A DNA stretch of 64,000 nt from an uncultured delta proteobacterium (lineage in GTDB: Bacteria; Myxococcota_A; Polyangia; Polyangiales; Polyangiaceae). Where the stretch lies: contig CAWAIF010000003.1 of NCBI GenBank assembly GCA_963782055.1, forward strand, positions 4,192,001-4,256,000, in the 5' to 3' direction. A model generated the notes under the pieces. That model ran no database searches. It was given only the letters and a program-made list of their open reading frames with translations, and was not told the origin of the DNA. Each line of letters begins with the position of its first letter. Within the stretch, counting starts at the first letter, position 1. A program made the translations under genes and the position numbers. Positions 10,618 to 19,930 of the stretch are shown here, piece after piece.

Positions 10618-11960
10618 AGCCCCTCCTCCGTCTGGACGACCAGCCGGGTGCTGGTCACGCCGAATGCCTCGTCGAACCGGGTCGTGCCGAAGCCGACGAG
10701 TACGGTGATGGGCGGCAGCCCCGTCTCGCGGGTGCGCACGCCGAGGGAGAAGGAGCCCGCGAGCTTCTCGACGTCGAAGCCCTCGAACTCGCGGCCGAAC
10801 GTGTTACCCACCCCCAGCACGAAGTTGGCGTCGAAGTAGTAGGCGATCGGGTAGCGATAGCCCAGCTCGAAGAGCACCGCGCTGTCGCCGCGGAAGCGTC
10901 CCCAGGTGAAGCCGAGCAGGTTGTCCGCCCCGAGGAGGGGCAGCTCGGTGAAGGGCACCGGCTCGTCCCCGAGCGGCACCGCGTCGGTCGCGTAGCCGCG
11001 CGCGGTCAGCACGCGGAAGGGGCGCGAGACCTGGACCGAGGCCCGCAGGTCGGCCGCCACCCGCACGAAGGAGCGCTCCGGGACGCCGACGTCGTGTCCG
11101 TAGCTGGCGCCGGTGAGGAGGCTGAGCCGCGGCACGTCGTCGAGCCCGCGCCGCGAGTCCAGTCGCACTTCGAGCGAGCTGGTCAGGAGGCGGATCTCCC
11201 CGTAACCCGGGATCTTCGACGTGTCGAAGCGCGTCTCGATCGACGAGTCCCCGCCTGTCGCGCCGGTGCGGGTCATGCGGAAGCCCTCGGTGGCCTCCAC
11301 GCGCAGGTGGGGGGTCCGGACGCCCGCCATGACGTGGGCGTCGACCTGCGTCTCCCGGAAATGCGTCTCCGCGGAGTCGAGGGAGTCCGGGCCGAAGCCG
11401 AAGAACGCACGGTCGCCGCGGCTGTATCCCTCGACGCGCGTGCCGAAGTACGCCGCGCCGGTCGTCCAGGTGTCCCGGATGCGGAGGTCCCACCAGTCGG
11501 GCTCGCCGATCAGGTTGAGCACGTCGAGGACGTGGCCCCGCGCCCCCAGGTCGGTGAAACGGGCCTGCGCGCCAGCCGCGAAGTAGCGGCTCAGGTCGAG
11601 GGACAAGGCGGGGAACCAGTGGATCTGCGGCGTGGGGTTGAGGGCGCGGTCGAGGATGGGCACCACGTGCGCGCGGTCCACCCAGCCGGAGAGGGCGTAG
11701 ATGGGGCGGCGGAGGACGAACTCGGTGACGAGGAAGGCCGGGAAGAAGACGACCCGGGGGACCCAGGCGAGCCCGTCCACGGCCGTCGCATGGTTCTCGC
11801 GACCGCGGTAGGCGGCGGCGTCGTCGTCCGCCTTCGCGGCGTTGACGGTGGCGGCCGGCGCCGCGGCTCTCGGGGGAGGCTCCGCCCCGCCGGGCCACGC
11901 CGTGCTGGCCACGCTCGCCGCGAAGCCGCACGCGAGAATCTGCGCCAGTGGTCTCGACAT
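10614..11960 (-). CDS. BamA/TamA (Omp85)-like outer-membrane beta-barrel protein
   Basis: Signal peptide, amphipathic beta strands, PFTELPLLGADNLLGFTWGRFRG (L6-like) and ELGYRYPI..FVLGVG..SFSLGVR C-terminal strands; no evident POTRA domains. Confidence 0.7.
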   Translation of the reverse strand: MSRPLAQILACGFAASVASTAWPGGAEPPPRAAAPAATVNAAKADDDAAAYRGRENHATAVDGLAWVPRVVFFPAFLVTEFVLRRPIYALSGWVDRAHVVPILDRALNPTPQIHWFPALSLDLSRYFAAGAQARFTDLGARGHVLDVLNLIGEPDWWDLRIRDTWTTGAAYFGTRVEGYSRGDRAFFGFGPDSLDSAETHFRETQVDAHVMAGVRTPHLRVEATEGFRMTRTGATGGDSSIETRFDTSKIPGYGEIRLLTSSLEVRLDSRRGLDDVPRLSLLTGASYGHDVGVPERSFVRVAADLRASVQVSRPFRVLTARGYATDAVPLGDEPVPFTELPLLGADNLLGFTWGRFRGDSAVLFELGYRYPIAYYFDANFVLGVGNTFGREFEGFDVEKLAGSFSLGVRTRETGLPPITVLVGFGTTRFDEAFGVTSTRLVVQTEEGL

Positions 11961-11977
11961 GTATCCGGGCCGGCAAC

Positions 11978-11993
11978 CGCATGTTCTGTTCCA
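11978..11993 (-). promoter_or_regulatory. Putative sigma-54 promoter for the Omp85-regulator-kinase operon
   Basis: Minus strand TGGAACAGAACATGCG = GG-N10-GC, just upstream of the ATG at 11960. Confidence 0.4.
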
Positions 11994-12140
11994 ACGCGGT
12001 TCGTCGTGAAACAGTCCCGCCGCCGGCACGCGACGCGCAGGCCCTGCGGCCCCCCGCACGCGGCGCGCCACCGGGCTCGTACCCATGCAGCGATCGCGCG
12101 CGACCGTGCGGACCGCCCCTTGCAGCCTCACCTTACACCC

Positions 12141-13412
12141 ATGGACCCTCGGACCATCCTGCTGCGCGGACTCGACCGTGATCAGCGGATCAAGGCGGGG
12201 CTTCTATCGAGCTGGTTCTTCGTGACGGTGGCCGCGCTCTGGCTCCTGAAGCCGATCCGGGTGGCCACCCTGCTCGCGCACCTGGGCGCCTCGGAGACGC
12301 CATACGTGCGCCTCGCGGGGGTGGTGGTGATCGGGAGCGTCGTCCTCCTCTACTCCTTCTTCGTCAACCGGTTCTCGCGCATCCAGGTCGTCGCCTGGGG
12401 CAACCTGATCTTCGCCGCCGTCCTGCTGCTCTTCTGGCTCGCGATGCACCTGGGCGGCCCCACGCTGCTGGCGCAGCGCCCCTTCATCTGGGCGATCTAC
12501 GTCATGGTGGAGGTCTACTCGGTGCTGATCATCGGCATCTTCTGGACCTACACCAACGACATCGTCACGCAGGAGGAGTCCAACAGGCTGTACGGCCTCG
12601 TCGGGCTGGGCGGGATCCTCGGCGGCATCGCGGGTGGCGCCTTCGTGGACGGGATGGGCGCCGGGATGGGCCCGCCGGACCTGGTGCTCATCGCGACCGG
12701 GCTGGTCGCCGTCTCGGCGTGGCTCGCGACCGTCACGGAGAAGGTGGTGCACCCGCCGAAGCGGCGCGTCGTGAAGAACCCACACCGCGGCCTCTTCGCG
12801 GCGTGGGACGGAGCCACGGAGGTCAAGAACAGCCGCTACCTGCTGCTCATCGTCGCCGTCATGGTGGCCTACGAGTTCACCGCGACGCTCGCCGACTTCG
12901 GCGTCAACGTGGTCTTCGAGCACGCCTACCACGACCAGCTCGAGCTCGCGAAGATGTACGGGCGGCTGGGCTGGATCGCGAGCGGCGCGGCCATCGTCGG
13001 GCAGCTGGTGCTGGTGCCGCTCTTCCTGCCCATCAAGCGCGTCGCCCTGCTGGTGCCGCCCCTCACCATGCTCGCGGGCGCGCTCGGCGTGGTGGTGCTG
13101 CCCGCCGTGGGCACCGCCCTGGTGCTCGCCGCCACCGACCGCGGGCTGAACTACTCGCTGCAGCAGTCCACCAAGGAGTCGCTCTACGTCCCCTTGCCCG
13201 ACGTGCAGAAGTACAAGGCGAAGGCCTTCATCGACATGTTCGTGGACCGCGCGGCGAAAGCCGCGGCCGCCATGGTGCTGCTCCTGGTCATCTGGCTGGC
13301 GGGGGAGTCGGTGCGTGTCGCGCTCGCGGTGAGCATCGCCTCGCTGCTGGTGTGGCTCGGCTCGGCCCGCCGGCTGGGCAAGTACTGGAAGGCCGGCCCG
13401 CCCGCGCAGTGA
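12141..13412 (+). CDS. NTP/NDP exchange transporter-like MFS protein (NTT/TLC, Npt1/Npt2 family)
   Basis: About 12 hydrophobic segments; LLKPIR, FWTYTNDI..EESNRLYGLVGLGG and KESLYVPL..QKYKAKAFID..R motifs characteristic of the ATP/ADP translocase family. Confidence 0.8.
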   Translation: MDPRTILLRGLDRDQRIKAGLLSSWFFVTVAALWLLKPIRVATLLAHLGASETPYVRLAGVVVIGSVVLLYSFFVNRFSRIQVVAWGNLIFAAVLLLFWLAMHLGGPTLLAQRPFIWAIYVMVEVYSVLIIGIFWTYTNDIVTQEESNRLYGLVGLGGILGGIAGGAFVDGMGAGMGPPDLVLIATGLVAVSAWLATVTEKVVHPPKRRVVKNPHRGLFAAWDGATEVKNSRYLLLIVAVMVAYEFTATLADFGVNVVFEHAYHDQLELAKMYGRLGWIASGAAIVGQLVLVPLFLPIKRVALLVPPLTMLAGALGVVVLPAVGTALVLAATDRGLNYSLQQSTKESLYVPLPDVQKYKAKAFIDMFVDRAAKAAAAMVLLLVIWLAGESVRVALAVSIASLLVWLGSARRLGKYWKAGPPAQ

Positions 13413-13461
13413 GGCGCCGCGCGCTTGCGCGGGGGGCGCGTTTCCCCTTTACTGAAGCATC

Positions 13462-14076
13462 ATGGAGGTTCGCACCCGGGTGCTCACCGCCCTCGTCGCG
13501 GTCCTGGCGGCGACCCTCCTCTCCGGCGCACGCTTCCCCCGGGCGCACGCCGGCGCGGAGCCGCACAAGAGCGTCGTGCTGGCGAGCGTGCCGGACGACG
13601 CCCGGCACACCGACGAGCGCCACGCGGTCGACACCTTCGAGATCGTGTCGGTGAACACCGGCGAGCGGGTGACCGTCCGCTACGTGGACGACCAGCTCGA
13701 CCCCGAGGTGGTGGCTCCCCTGCAGCACCTGATGCGGTGCCTGCGCACGACGCGCGAGAAGCCCATCGACCCGCGGCTGGTGGAGGCGCTGCGGGAGATC
13801 GCCCGGCAGGTGGGCAAACCGCTGCTGCTCGTCTCCGGTTACCGCGCGCCGGAGCGCCGCTCCGACCACAACTACCATACGCGCGGGCAGGCCGCCGACA
13901 TCCGGGTGGACGGCATGCACGCCTACAAGCTGCGCGGCATCGCTCGCAAGCTCGGGATCCGCGGGGTCGGGTGGTACCCGACGACCAACATGATCCACGT
14001 GGACGTGCGTGACGTGCCCTACTTCTGGACGGACTGGTCCGGGCCGACGCACTGGAAGCGGTGGCGGAGGAAGTGA
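13462..14076 (+). CDS. YcbK/DUF882 family peptidase M15 (peptidoglycan endopeptidase-like)
   Basis: Signal peptide; IDPRLVEAL, VSGYR, YHTRGQAADI, GVGWYP, IHVDVR Zn-ligand motifs. Confidence 0.88.
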   Translation: MEVRTRVLTALVAVLAATLLSGARFPRAHAGAEPHKSVVLASVPDDARHTDERHAVDTFEIVSVNTGERVTVRYVDDQLDPEVVAPLQHLMRCLRTTREKPIDPRLVEALREIARQVGKPLLLVSGYRAPERRSDHNYHTRGQAADIRVDGMHAYKLRGIARKLGIRGVGWYPTTNMIHVDVRDVPYFWTDWSGPTHWKRWRRK

Positions 14077-14092
14077 CCCGCAGGCCGCGGCC

Positions 14093-14992
14093 TCAGTACA
14101 GCTTGTAGACGATGGACACCGCGGTCGTGACGTCGGTGTTCTCCACGTCCGGGAGCGGCCTGTTCTCGTAGCGCACGGTGACGGCGGTGGAGAGCGCGAA
14201 GCTCTTGTTGATGTTGGCCGTCACCGAGCCGTCGAGGATCAGACGGAAGACTTCGGGCGAGGTGAGGTCCATCAGGTACTCGGCGCTCGCGTTCAACGCC
14301 ACCGACTTGTACGCCTTCTGCTGCACGCCGAAGAAGAGGCGGCCGTTGTGGGTGACGTCCTCCTTGGAGAGCGGATTGCCCTCGGCATCCAGCTTGGCGC
14401 TGCCGTCCGCGTTGTGGATGAAGTCGTCGCGGCGGATGTCGTACTGGAAGTCGTAGCCCAGCTCACCCCAGAGGCGCGTCTTCTCTTCCTGGATGAAGTA
14501 GTACGCCACGCCGGGGCCGAGGTTGAGGCGCAGGTCGAGTCCCTGGAAGCGATCCCGGCGCGCGCTCACCTGCCCGTAGACGCTGACCTTCGGCAGCACG
14601 TACCAGTCGTAGCGGAGCAGGCCCTGGATGTTCTCCACGGTCGTCTCGGTGCCGGCGCCCGCCTTGCCCGCGCGCGCGTAGTTGACGCCGAACGCGCCCT
14701 CGAACTGGTGCGCCCCGCGGCGGACGCGGGACTTCGCGCCGGCGGTCATCGCCGCGCTGCGCGAGTTGCCCGCGGCGAAGAGGCCGCCCGCGTTGAAGGA
14801 GATGTCCGTCGCGTCGGTCGCGTCCTTCTTCGCCTGCGAGGCGGCGAAGCCCTCCTTCGCCACGTCGGTCGAGCCTGAGGTCACCGCCCCGGTGCTGCTG
14901 GAGACCGTGCCGCTCGGTAGGTCGTCGGCGCGCGCCGTGACGGCAACGAGCAACGCGGCCGCGGCGGCCCCCACGACGAGATTTGTGCGCAT
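14093..14992 (-). CDS. DUF481/YdiY-like outer-membrane beta-barrel protein
   Basis: Signal peptide; AGNSRS, RDRFQGLDLRLNLGPGVAYYF, YENRPLP..TDVTTAVSIVYKLY. Confidence 0.8.
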   Translation of the reverse strand: MRTNLVVGAAAAALLVAVTARADDLPSGTVSSSTGAVTSGSTDVAKEGFAASQAKKDATDATDISFNAGGLFAAGNSRSAAMTAGAKSRVRRGAHQFEGAFGVNYARAGKAGAGTETTVENIQGLLRYDWYVLPKVSVYGQVSARRDRFQGLDLRLNLGPGVAYYFIQEEKTRLWGELGYDFQYDIRRDDFIHNADGSAKLDAEGNPLSKEDVTHNGRLFFGVQQKAYKSVALNASAEYLMDLTSPEVFRLILDGSVTANINKSFALSTAVTVRYENRPLPDVENTDVTTAVSIVYKLY

Positions 14993-15064
14993 GGCCAAGG
15001 CCCCTTACTCGGAAGGAGCGAGGGAGCGCAACTGCAATGCCTGCGCAAGCCCGCGGCGGCGGAC

Positions 15065-16024
15065 TCAGTCGGCCAGGGCCGTGCCCTCGGCCCCCAGGTC
15101 CGCGATGGCGGACTCGATGCTCGCCGGGATCCAGTCGGCGTCCGGCGCAGCAGCCGGCAGCACCACGGGCCCCCCGTCGTAGCGCACCCGCTTGCCCGGC
15201 CACACGAAGGTCCGCAGCACGTAGACGAAGAGCGACCTCTGCTCCAGCGCGGGGTGGATGCCCTCGTGCAGCTCCCGGGCGTGGGCCTCCGGGCAGAGGC
15301 TCCAGTGCAGACCGGGGTGCTCGTGGTGGATCCCGTGGAAGCCGTTGTTGAACGTGAACCAGTTGAAGACTCGCCCGACGAAGTTGCGCGAGTGGTTGAA
15401 GGGGTGGTCCTCGTCGCAGCCGTCGTGCTGCAGGTAGTTCACCGTCGTGATGCCCCACACCGCCCCGAAGTGCGGCAGGGCGACGAAGAGCAGCGCCTTC
15501 TTCCAGTCGATGAGGAAGAGCAGCGCCTTGCTCCCCCAGCAGAACACCATCTCCACCAGGAGCTGGCGGTACCACCGCGGCATCTTCTTCTTCATCATGC
15601 CGACGTAGCGGTAGTTCTCGCCGAAGATGTCGAACCCCACGCGGAAGAAGAAGAGCATGAGGTTCTGCAGGTTCCACGCGTGGCGCATCTTGGTGGTGCG
15701 CATCAGGTCGGCGGGCTTCTGCGTGTGCTTGTGGTGCGAGAGGTTGTGCCCGGGCACGTACTCCGAGACCGGGAACCCGTAGGCGCAGGTGAGCGCGACC
15801 TGGAACGCCTTGTTCGCCCAGCGCTGCTTGAAGACCGGCGTGTGCAGCGTGTTGTGCGTGATGACCGCGCAGATCCACGAGAGCGTGCAGAGCGCCGCGA
15901 CCAGGGGCACCGTCACGTACGCCGGCTGCCAGGCGGTGAGCCACACCGCCACGAGCAGCCCGTAATAGCTCGCCACGAAGCCCAGCGTGCGGAGGTCGGC
16001 GCGATGGCGAAGCATCTCGCGCAC
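15065..16024 (-). CDS. Membrane fatty acid desaturase
   Basis: His boxes HNTLH, HNLSHH, HGIHH; QHDGCD..NHSRNF; TM segments. Confidence 0.9.
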   Translation of the reverse strand: MREMLRHRADLRTLGFVASYYGLLVAVWLTAWQPAYVTVPLVAALCTLSWICAVITHNTLHTPVFKQRWANKAFQVALTCAYGFPVSEYVPGHNLSHHKHTQKPADLMRTTKMRHAWNLQNLMLFFFRVGFDIFGENYRYVGMMKKKMPRWYRQLLVEMVFCWGSKALLFLIDWKKALLFVALPHFGAVWGITTVNYLQHDGCDEDHPFNHSRNFVGRVFNWFTFNNGFHGIHHEHPGLHWSLCPEAHARELHEGIHPALEQRSLFVYVLRTFVWPGKRVRYDGGPVVLPAAAPDADWIPASIESAIADLGAEGTALAD

Positions 16025-16867
16025 TCAGGCCGTCAGGCCGATGGAGGGGGCGTCCACCGGCGGGTCTGCCACGCCGAACTTCTGCTCGTCCCAGTGGGCG
16101 GGGTTGAACAGGTGGGGGCGCTTGTGGTGGTTGGCGTGGAAGTAGATGCCGGTGAACAGCTTGTTGCCGATGAGGTAGTAGCCGTGGTTCAGGTTCACCG
16201 GCCGGAAGTCATTCCCGCGCTCGCCGTTGTGCGTCGACCAGTTGAAGTGGCCGACGAAGATGGCGGCGGCGACGTTCGCCGGGAAGAAGAAGACGAAGAA
16301 GCCCACCGGGCCGAGCAGCAGGTACCACGCGATGGCCAGCACGATGTTCGTACCGTAGCTCACGCGCGCGCGGAACGCCTCCGACCGGCGGTTGTCCGGG
16401 GTGTCGCCCCAGGTGTCGAAGTACTGCTGCTGCAGCTGGCGCTCCACGTGGAAGATGCTCGCCAGAAACGACCGCCAGAAGGACGGGTACGTCGGGTGCG
16501 GGTCCTTCGCCGCGTCGTCGCTGAAGCGGTGGTGGCGCATGTGGACGATATCCCACGAGGCGAAGCGGACGAAGACCAGCACGCCGAGCACCTCCCCGAT
16601 GACGCGGTTGACCGCGCGCGGAAAGTTGCCGTGGGTCGCGTTGTGGATCCACAGGTGGCAGCAGATGAGGAAGTAGACGAGCGCGGGGAAGACCAGCAGC
16701 CAGGACGCGCTGAAGCCCCGGACCAGCGGCTGGAAGCCGGTGACCGACATCAGGACCGACCCGACGAGACCCACCCCAAGGTAGAACGCGTCGTAGTGAA
16801 GGTAGAACCTGCGGTTCTTCCTGAACTGTTGGATCGGGTGCGATGTAAGGGCCGATCGAAGGTGCAC
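16025..16867 (-). CDS. Membrane fatty acid desaturase-like protein
   Basis: His boxes HNATH, HMRHH, HANHH; TM segments. Confidence 0.85.
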   Translation of the reverse strand: MHLRSALTSHPIQQFRKNRRFYLHYDAFYLGVGLVGSVLMSVTGFQPLVRGFSASWLLVFPALVYFLICCHLWIHNATHGNFPRAVNRVIGEVLGVLVFVRFASWDIVHMRHHRFSDDAAKDPHPTYPSFWRSFLASIFHVERQLQQQYFDTWGDTPDNRRSEAFRARVSYGTNIVLAIAWYLLLGPVGFFVFFFPANVAAAIFVGHFNWSTHNGERGNDFRPVNLNHGYYLIGNKLFTGIYFHANHHKRPHLFNPAHWDEQKFGVADPPVDAPSIGLTA

Positions 16868-17109
16868 GTATGCGCTTTCCTGGTTCTCGACGTGTCCTCG
16901 GCCTGCGGCCTCGGTTCTTCGCGTTCTTCACCCGAGCCTCCGGCTCGGCCTCGAACTCCCGGCACCCTCCCCCTACCCCATTTCCATACCTCCCGTCGAG
17001 TAGATCGCGGCGTGAAATCCCGGTTGCGGCGTAACGCGCTTCGCACCTTCGCCGGCTGGCTTGAGGGACGGCGCGCCGCGGGGTAGAACGCGCCCGGGAG
17101 CAGCAAACG

Positions 17110-18060
17110 GTGGCGAGCCTCGCGCAAAGAGCCCTCGGGTTGAAGCACCCGTCGGACGTGCGGCAGGTGGGGACGATGGCGACGTACTACGCCCTCCTCG
17201 CCAGCATGTACTTCGTGCCGGCCTGCCGGAACGCCGGGTTCCTCGTGGCCGCCTGCGCGATGAGCTTCCTCACCGCGGTGGCGGGCCACAACAACCTGCA
17301 CCAGGGCATGTTCACCGCCCGCTGGAAGAACGTGGTCTTCCGGTACCTGCTCAGCTTCGGCGCGCTCTTCCCGGAGTCCTCGGTCATCCCGGCGCACAAC
17401 CTGGTGCACCACCACTTCGACGACGACGGCCAGCCGGACTGGGCGGCGCCGGAGCAGGTGCGCTTCCGGTGGAACCTGCTCAACATCCTGCACTTCCCCA
17501 ACGTGGCGGGGCCGGTGACCTTCGCCGGCGTGCGCCGCTGGGCGCGCCTCGCGGGCAAGGCGGACTTCCGCCGGCAGTACACCCTGGAGTCCATCTTCGC
17601 CTTCGGCCTCACCGGCCTGCTGCTCGTCCACGACTTCTGGACGGCGCTCTTCTACGTGATGGTGCCGCAGCTCTGGGGCGCGCGGTCGTTCTTGCGCATC
17701 AACATCATCCAGCACGATGGGTGCGACACGACGAGCGAGTGGAACCACTCGCGCAACTTCGTCGGGCGCATCTTCAACTGGTTCATGATGAACAACGGCT
17801 ACCACACCATTCACCACAACCGCGCCGGCATGCACTGGTCGGAGCTCGCGCGCGCGCACTCGAAGGAGGTGGCGCCGCGCATCGACCCGAGCCTGGACGA
17901 GCCGAGCATGGTGCTCTACCTGCTGCGCAGCTACGGCCTGCGCTTCTCCCGCCCCGCCCCGCGTGATCTCGCGGCCGCCGAGCGCGCGGCGGCGCCGGTG
18001 GAGCTCGCCTCGCGGGAGGCCCGCCGTGCCGAGGCCGAAGCCGCGAGCGCCGCGGAGTGA
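17110..18060 (+). CDS. Membrane fatty acid desaturase
   Basis: His boxes HNNLH, HNLVHH, HTIHH; QHDGCD..NHSRNFVGR shared with the 15065-16024 paralog. Confidence 0.9.
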   Translation: MASLAQRALGLKHPSDVRQVGTMATYYALLASMYFVPACRNAGFLVAACAMSFLTAVAGHNNLHQGMFTARWKNVVFRYLLSFGALFPESSVIPAHNLVHHHFDDDGQPDWAAPEQVRFRWNLLNILHFPNVAGPVTFAGVRRWARLAGKADFRRQYTLESIFAFGLTGLLLVHDFWTALFYVMVPQLWGARSFLRINIIQHDGCDTTSEWNHSRNFVGRIFNWFMMNNGYHTIHHNRAGMHWSELARAHSKEVAPRIDPSLDEPSMVLYLLRSYGLRFSRPAPRDLAAAERAAAPVELASREARRAEAEAASAAE

Positions 18061-18063
18061 TCG

Positions 18064-18945
18064 ATGCTGCCGCGGGAGGTCATGGGCGTCTTCTGCCTGG
18101 GTGTTCTGTGGCTCACCGCCTTGCTGGTGGCAGCCGCCGCCTGGCAGGAGGCGCGCGATCTGCTCGCCCGCGCGCGCCGGCTGCGGCCGCTCGCGCCGGG
18201 CGCCGAGGGTGAGGGCTTCGTCGCCGGCGTGGTGGCGAGCGGCGACGCGGAGGGCGCGCTGGCGGTCTCGGTGGTGCGGCAGGTGGGGCGTGCGGTCGAC
18301 GCGTCCGGGCCCACCATCGCGTTCCACGACCGCGGGTATGCCTCGGAGGTGTGCGGCGGCACCGTGCGCGCGGGGGACACGACGCTCCGCGTGCGCCCGG
18401 CGGAGGGCGCGCGGGCGGAGGTGTGGCTGACGCCGGAGGAGCGGGCGGCCGCCGCCGGGTGCCCGGGCGACGCGGCGTTCGAGGCCGCCTACCCGGCCGC
18501 GCGCAAGGCTCGGGGCTTCGCCCGGGAGGTACGGGCGGAGGTGCGTGTGTCCCGCCAGGTGTGGGTCCACGGCGCGGTGCAACGCGACGGCGCCGAGCGC
18601 GTCGTCCAGCCGCCCGCCGGCGCGCCGCTCCTCGTGGCGACGATGGACCCGCGGCGACTGTGCACGCGCGGCGCGTGGCTGGCGCTGGCGTTCGCCCTTG
18701 CGGAGCTCGCGGCGTGCGCGGCGGTCACCCGCGTGTGCCTCTGGCGGCCGGTGTTCGGGACGGTGAGCACCGTCGGCGGCGTGCTCGCCCTCGCCTTCTT
18801 CCTCGGCGTGACGCCGCTGGGCGTCTCGGTGCGCGACCGGCTGCGCCCGCCGAGTCGCGCGGTGCTTCGCGGGGAGTGGTCGCGGCCGCAGGCGGACGCG
18901 GCGACGCAGAAGTCGGGCACGGCGGAGCGGGCGTCGTCGGCATGA
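18064..18945 (+). CDS. Hypothetical membrane protein
   Basis: Follows the desaturase stop by 3 nt and overlaps the next start (ATGA); one N-terminal and two C-terminal TM segments; GC-rich third codon positions. Confidence 0.7.
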   Translation: MLPREVMGVFCLGVLWLTALLVAAAAWQEARDLLARARRLRPLAPGAEGEGFVAGVVASGDAEGALAVSVVRQVGRAVDASGPTIAFHDRGYASEVCGGTVRAGDTTLRVRPAEGARAEVWLTPEERAAAAGCPGDAAFEAAYPAARKARGFAREVRAEVRVSRQVWVHGAVQRDGAERVVQPPAGAPLLVATMDPRRLCTRGAWLALAFALAELAACAAVTRVCLWRPVFGTVSTVGGVLALAFFLGVTPLGVSVRDRLRPPSRAVLRGEWSRPQADAATQKSGTAERASSA

Positions 18946-19574
18946 GCGGTGCCGTCGGGCCGGCGTACCGGGTGGTCACGCCGCGGCTGGTGGTGCGCTG
19001 CCTGGCGCCGGCCGACACGGACCTCGTGGCGGCGGCGATGGACGAGGGCGTCGATCACCTCCGCCCTTTCATGCCCTGGTCCCACCGCGAGCCCATCCCG
19101 CGCGAGGAGCGGGTGGCGTGGCTGCGCCACTGCCGCGGCATGTTCGATCTCGGGCAGGATTTCCTCTACGGCATCTTCTCCGCCGACGAGTCGCGCGTGC
19201 TCGGCGGCACCGGCCTCCACACCCGGCGGGGCCCGTACGCGCGGGAGATCGGCTACTGGATCGCCGCCGGCGCGCTGCGGCGTGGCTACGCGACCGAGAC
19301 GGCGGCCGCCCTCACGCAGGTGGCGATCCTGGTGGACGGCGTGCACCGCGTGGAAATCCGGTGCGAGCCGGCGAACGTGCCGAGCGCACGCATCCCGGAG
19401 AAGCTGGGGTTCCGCCTGGAAGGGACCGCGCGTGAGGATACCCCGCAGCCCGACGGCCGGACGTGGCGCGACACGCGCGTGTACGCCCTTCTGGCGGGGG
19501 AGCTCGTCGCCGAGTCGCCGGTGATGGCGGTGAGGGCGCAGGCCTTCGACGTGATGGGCAAGCGCCTGATGTGA
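18942..19574 (+). CDS. GNAT N-acetyltransferase (RimJ/RimL family)
   Basis: TPRLVVR, HLRPFMPW, EIGYW, RGYATE, NVPSARIPEKLGFRLEG motifs. Confidence 0.9.
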   Translation: MSGAVGPAYRVVTPRLVVRCLAPADTDLVAAAMDEGVDHLRPFMPWSHREPIPREERVAWLRHCRGMFDLGQDFLYGIFSADESRVLGGTGLHTRRGPYAREIGYWIAAGALRRGYATETAAALTQVAILVDGVHRVEIRCEPANVPSARIPEKLGFRLEGTAREDTPQPDGRTWRDTRVYALLAGELVAESPVMAVRAQAFDVMGKRLM

Positions 19575-19593
19575 CGCGGCGCCTCCTCGCGCG

Positions 19594-19890
19594 TCAGTCG
19601 TCGAGCGTCTCGTCCTGCTCGCCGCGCGCGCGCCCGGCGGCCTGACCGGCCTCCGCGTGGACCGCCGGCGGCGTGGGCGTGGCGACCGGGGCCGCCGTCG
19701 CCTTGGGCTTCGGCGTGGTCGCCGGTCGCGGGATCGCGTAGATGCCCGCGACCATCAGGCCGATGAAGGCGAGCGGGAGCATCATCACGAGCACGGCCGC
19801 CCCCACGTCGAGCTTCTTCTTCTTCTTCTGCTGCTTCTTCTCGGGCGGTCCGCCGTTCGATGTTTCCATGGCGTCGGGCGGCATGGTCAC
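19594..19890 (-). CDS. Small single-TM hypothetical protein
   Basis: Lys run followed by a hydrophobic helix and a Pro/Thr-rich tail; downstream of moaA on the same strand; start uncertain. Confidence 0.55.
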   Translation of the reverse strand: MTMPPDAMETSNGGPPEKKQQKKKKKLDVGAAVLVMMLPLAFIGLMVAGIYAIPRPATTPKPKATAAPVATPTPPAVHAEAGQAAGRARGEQDETLDD

Positions 19891-19930
19891 GCCGCGGTGG
19901 CGCGCGGCGCAAACGCTTTCTCGTCCGCGG

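Noticed and set aside
15065..19574. Complete polyyne biosynthetic gene cluster
   Set aside because: No ACP, fatty acyl-AMP ligase, thioesterase or rubredoxin adjacent; only the desaturases are supported.
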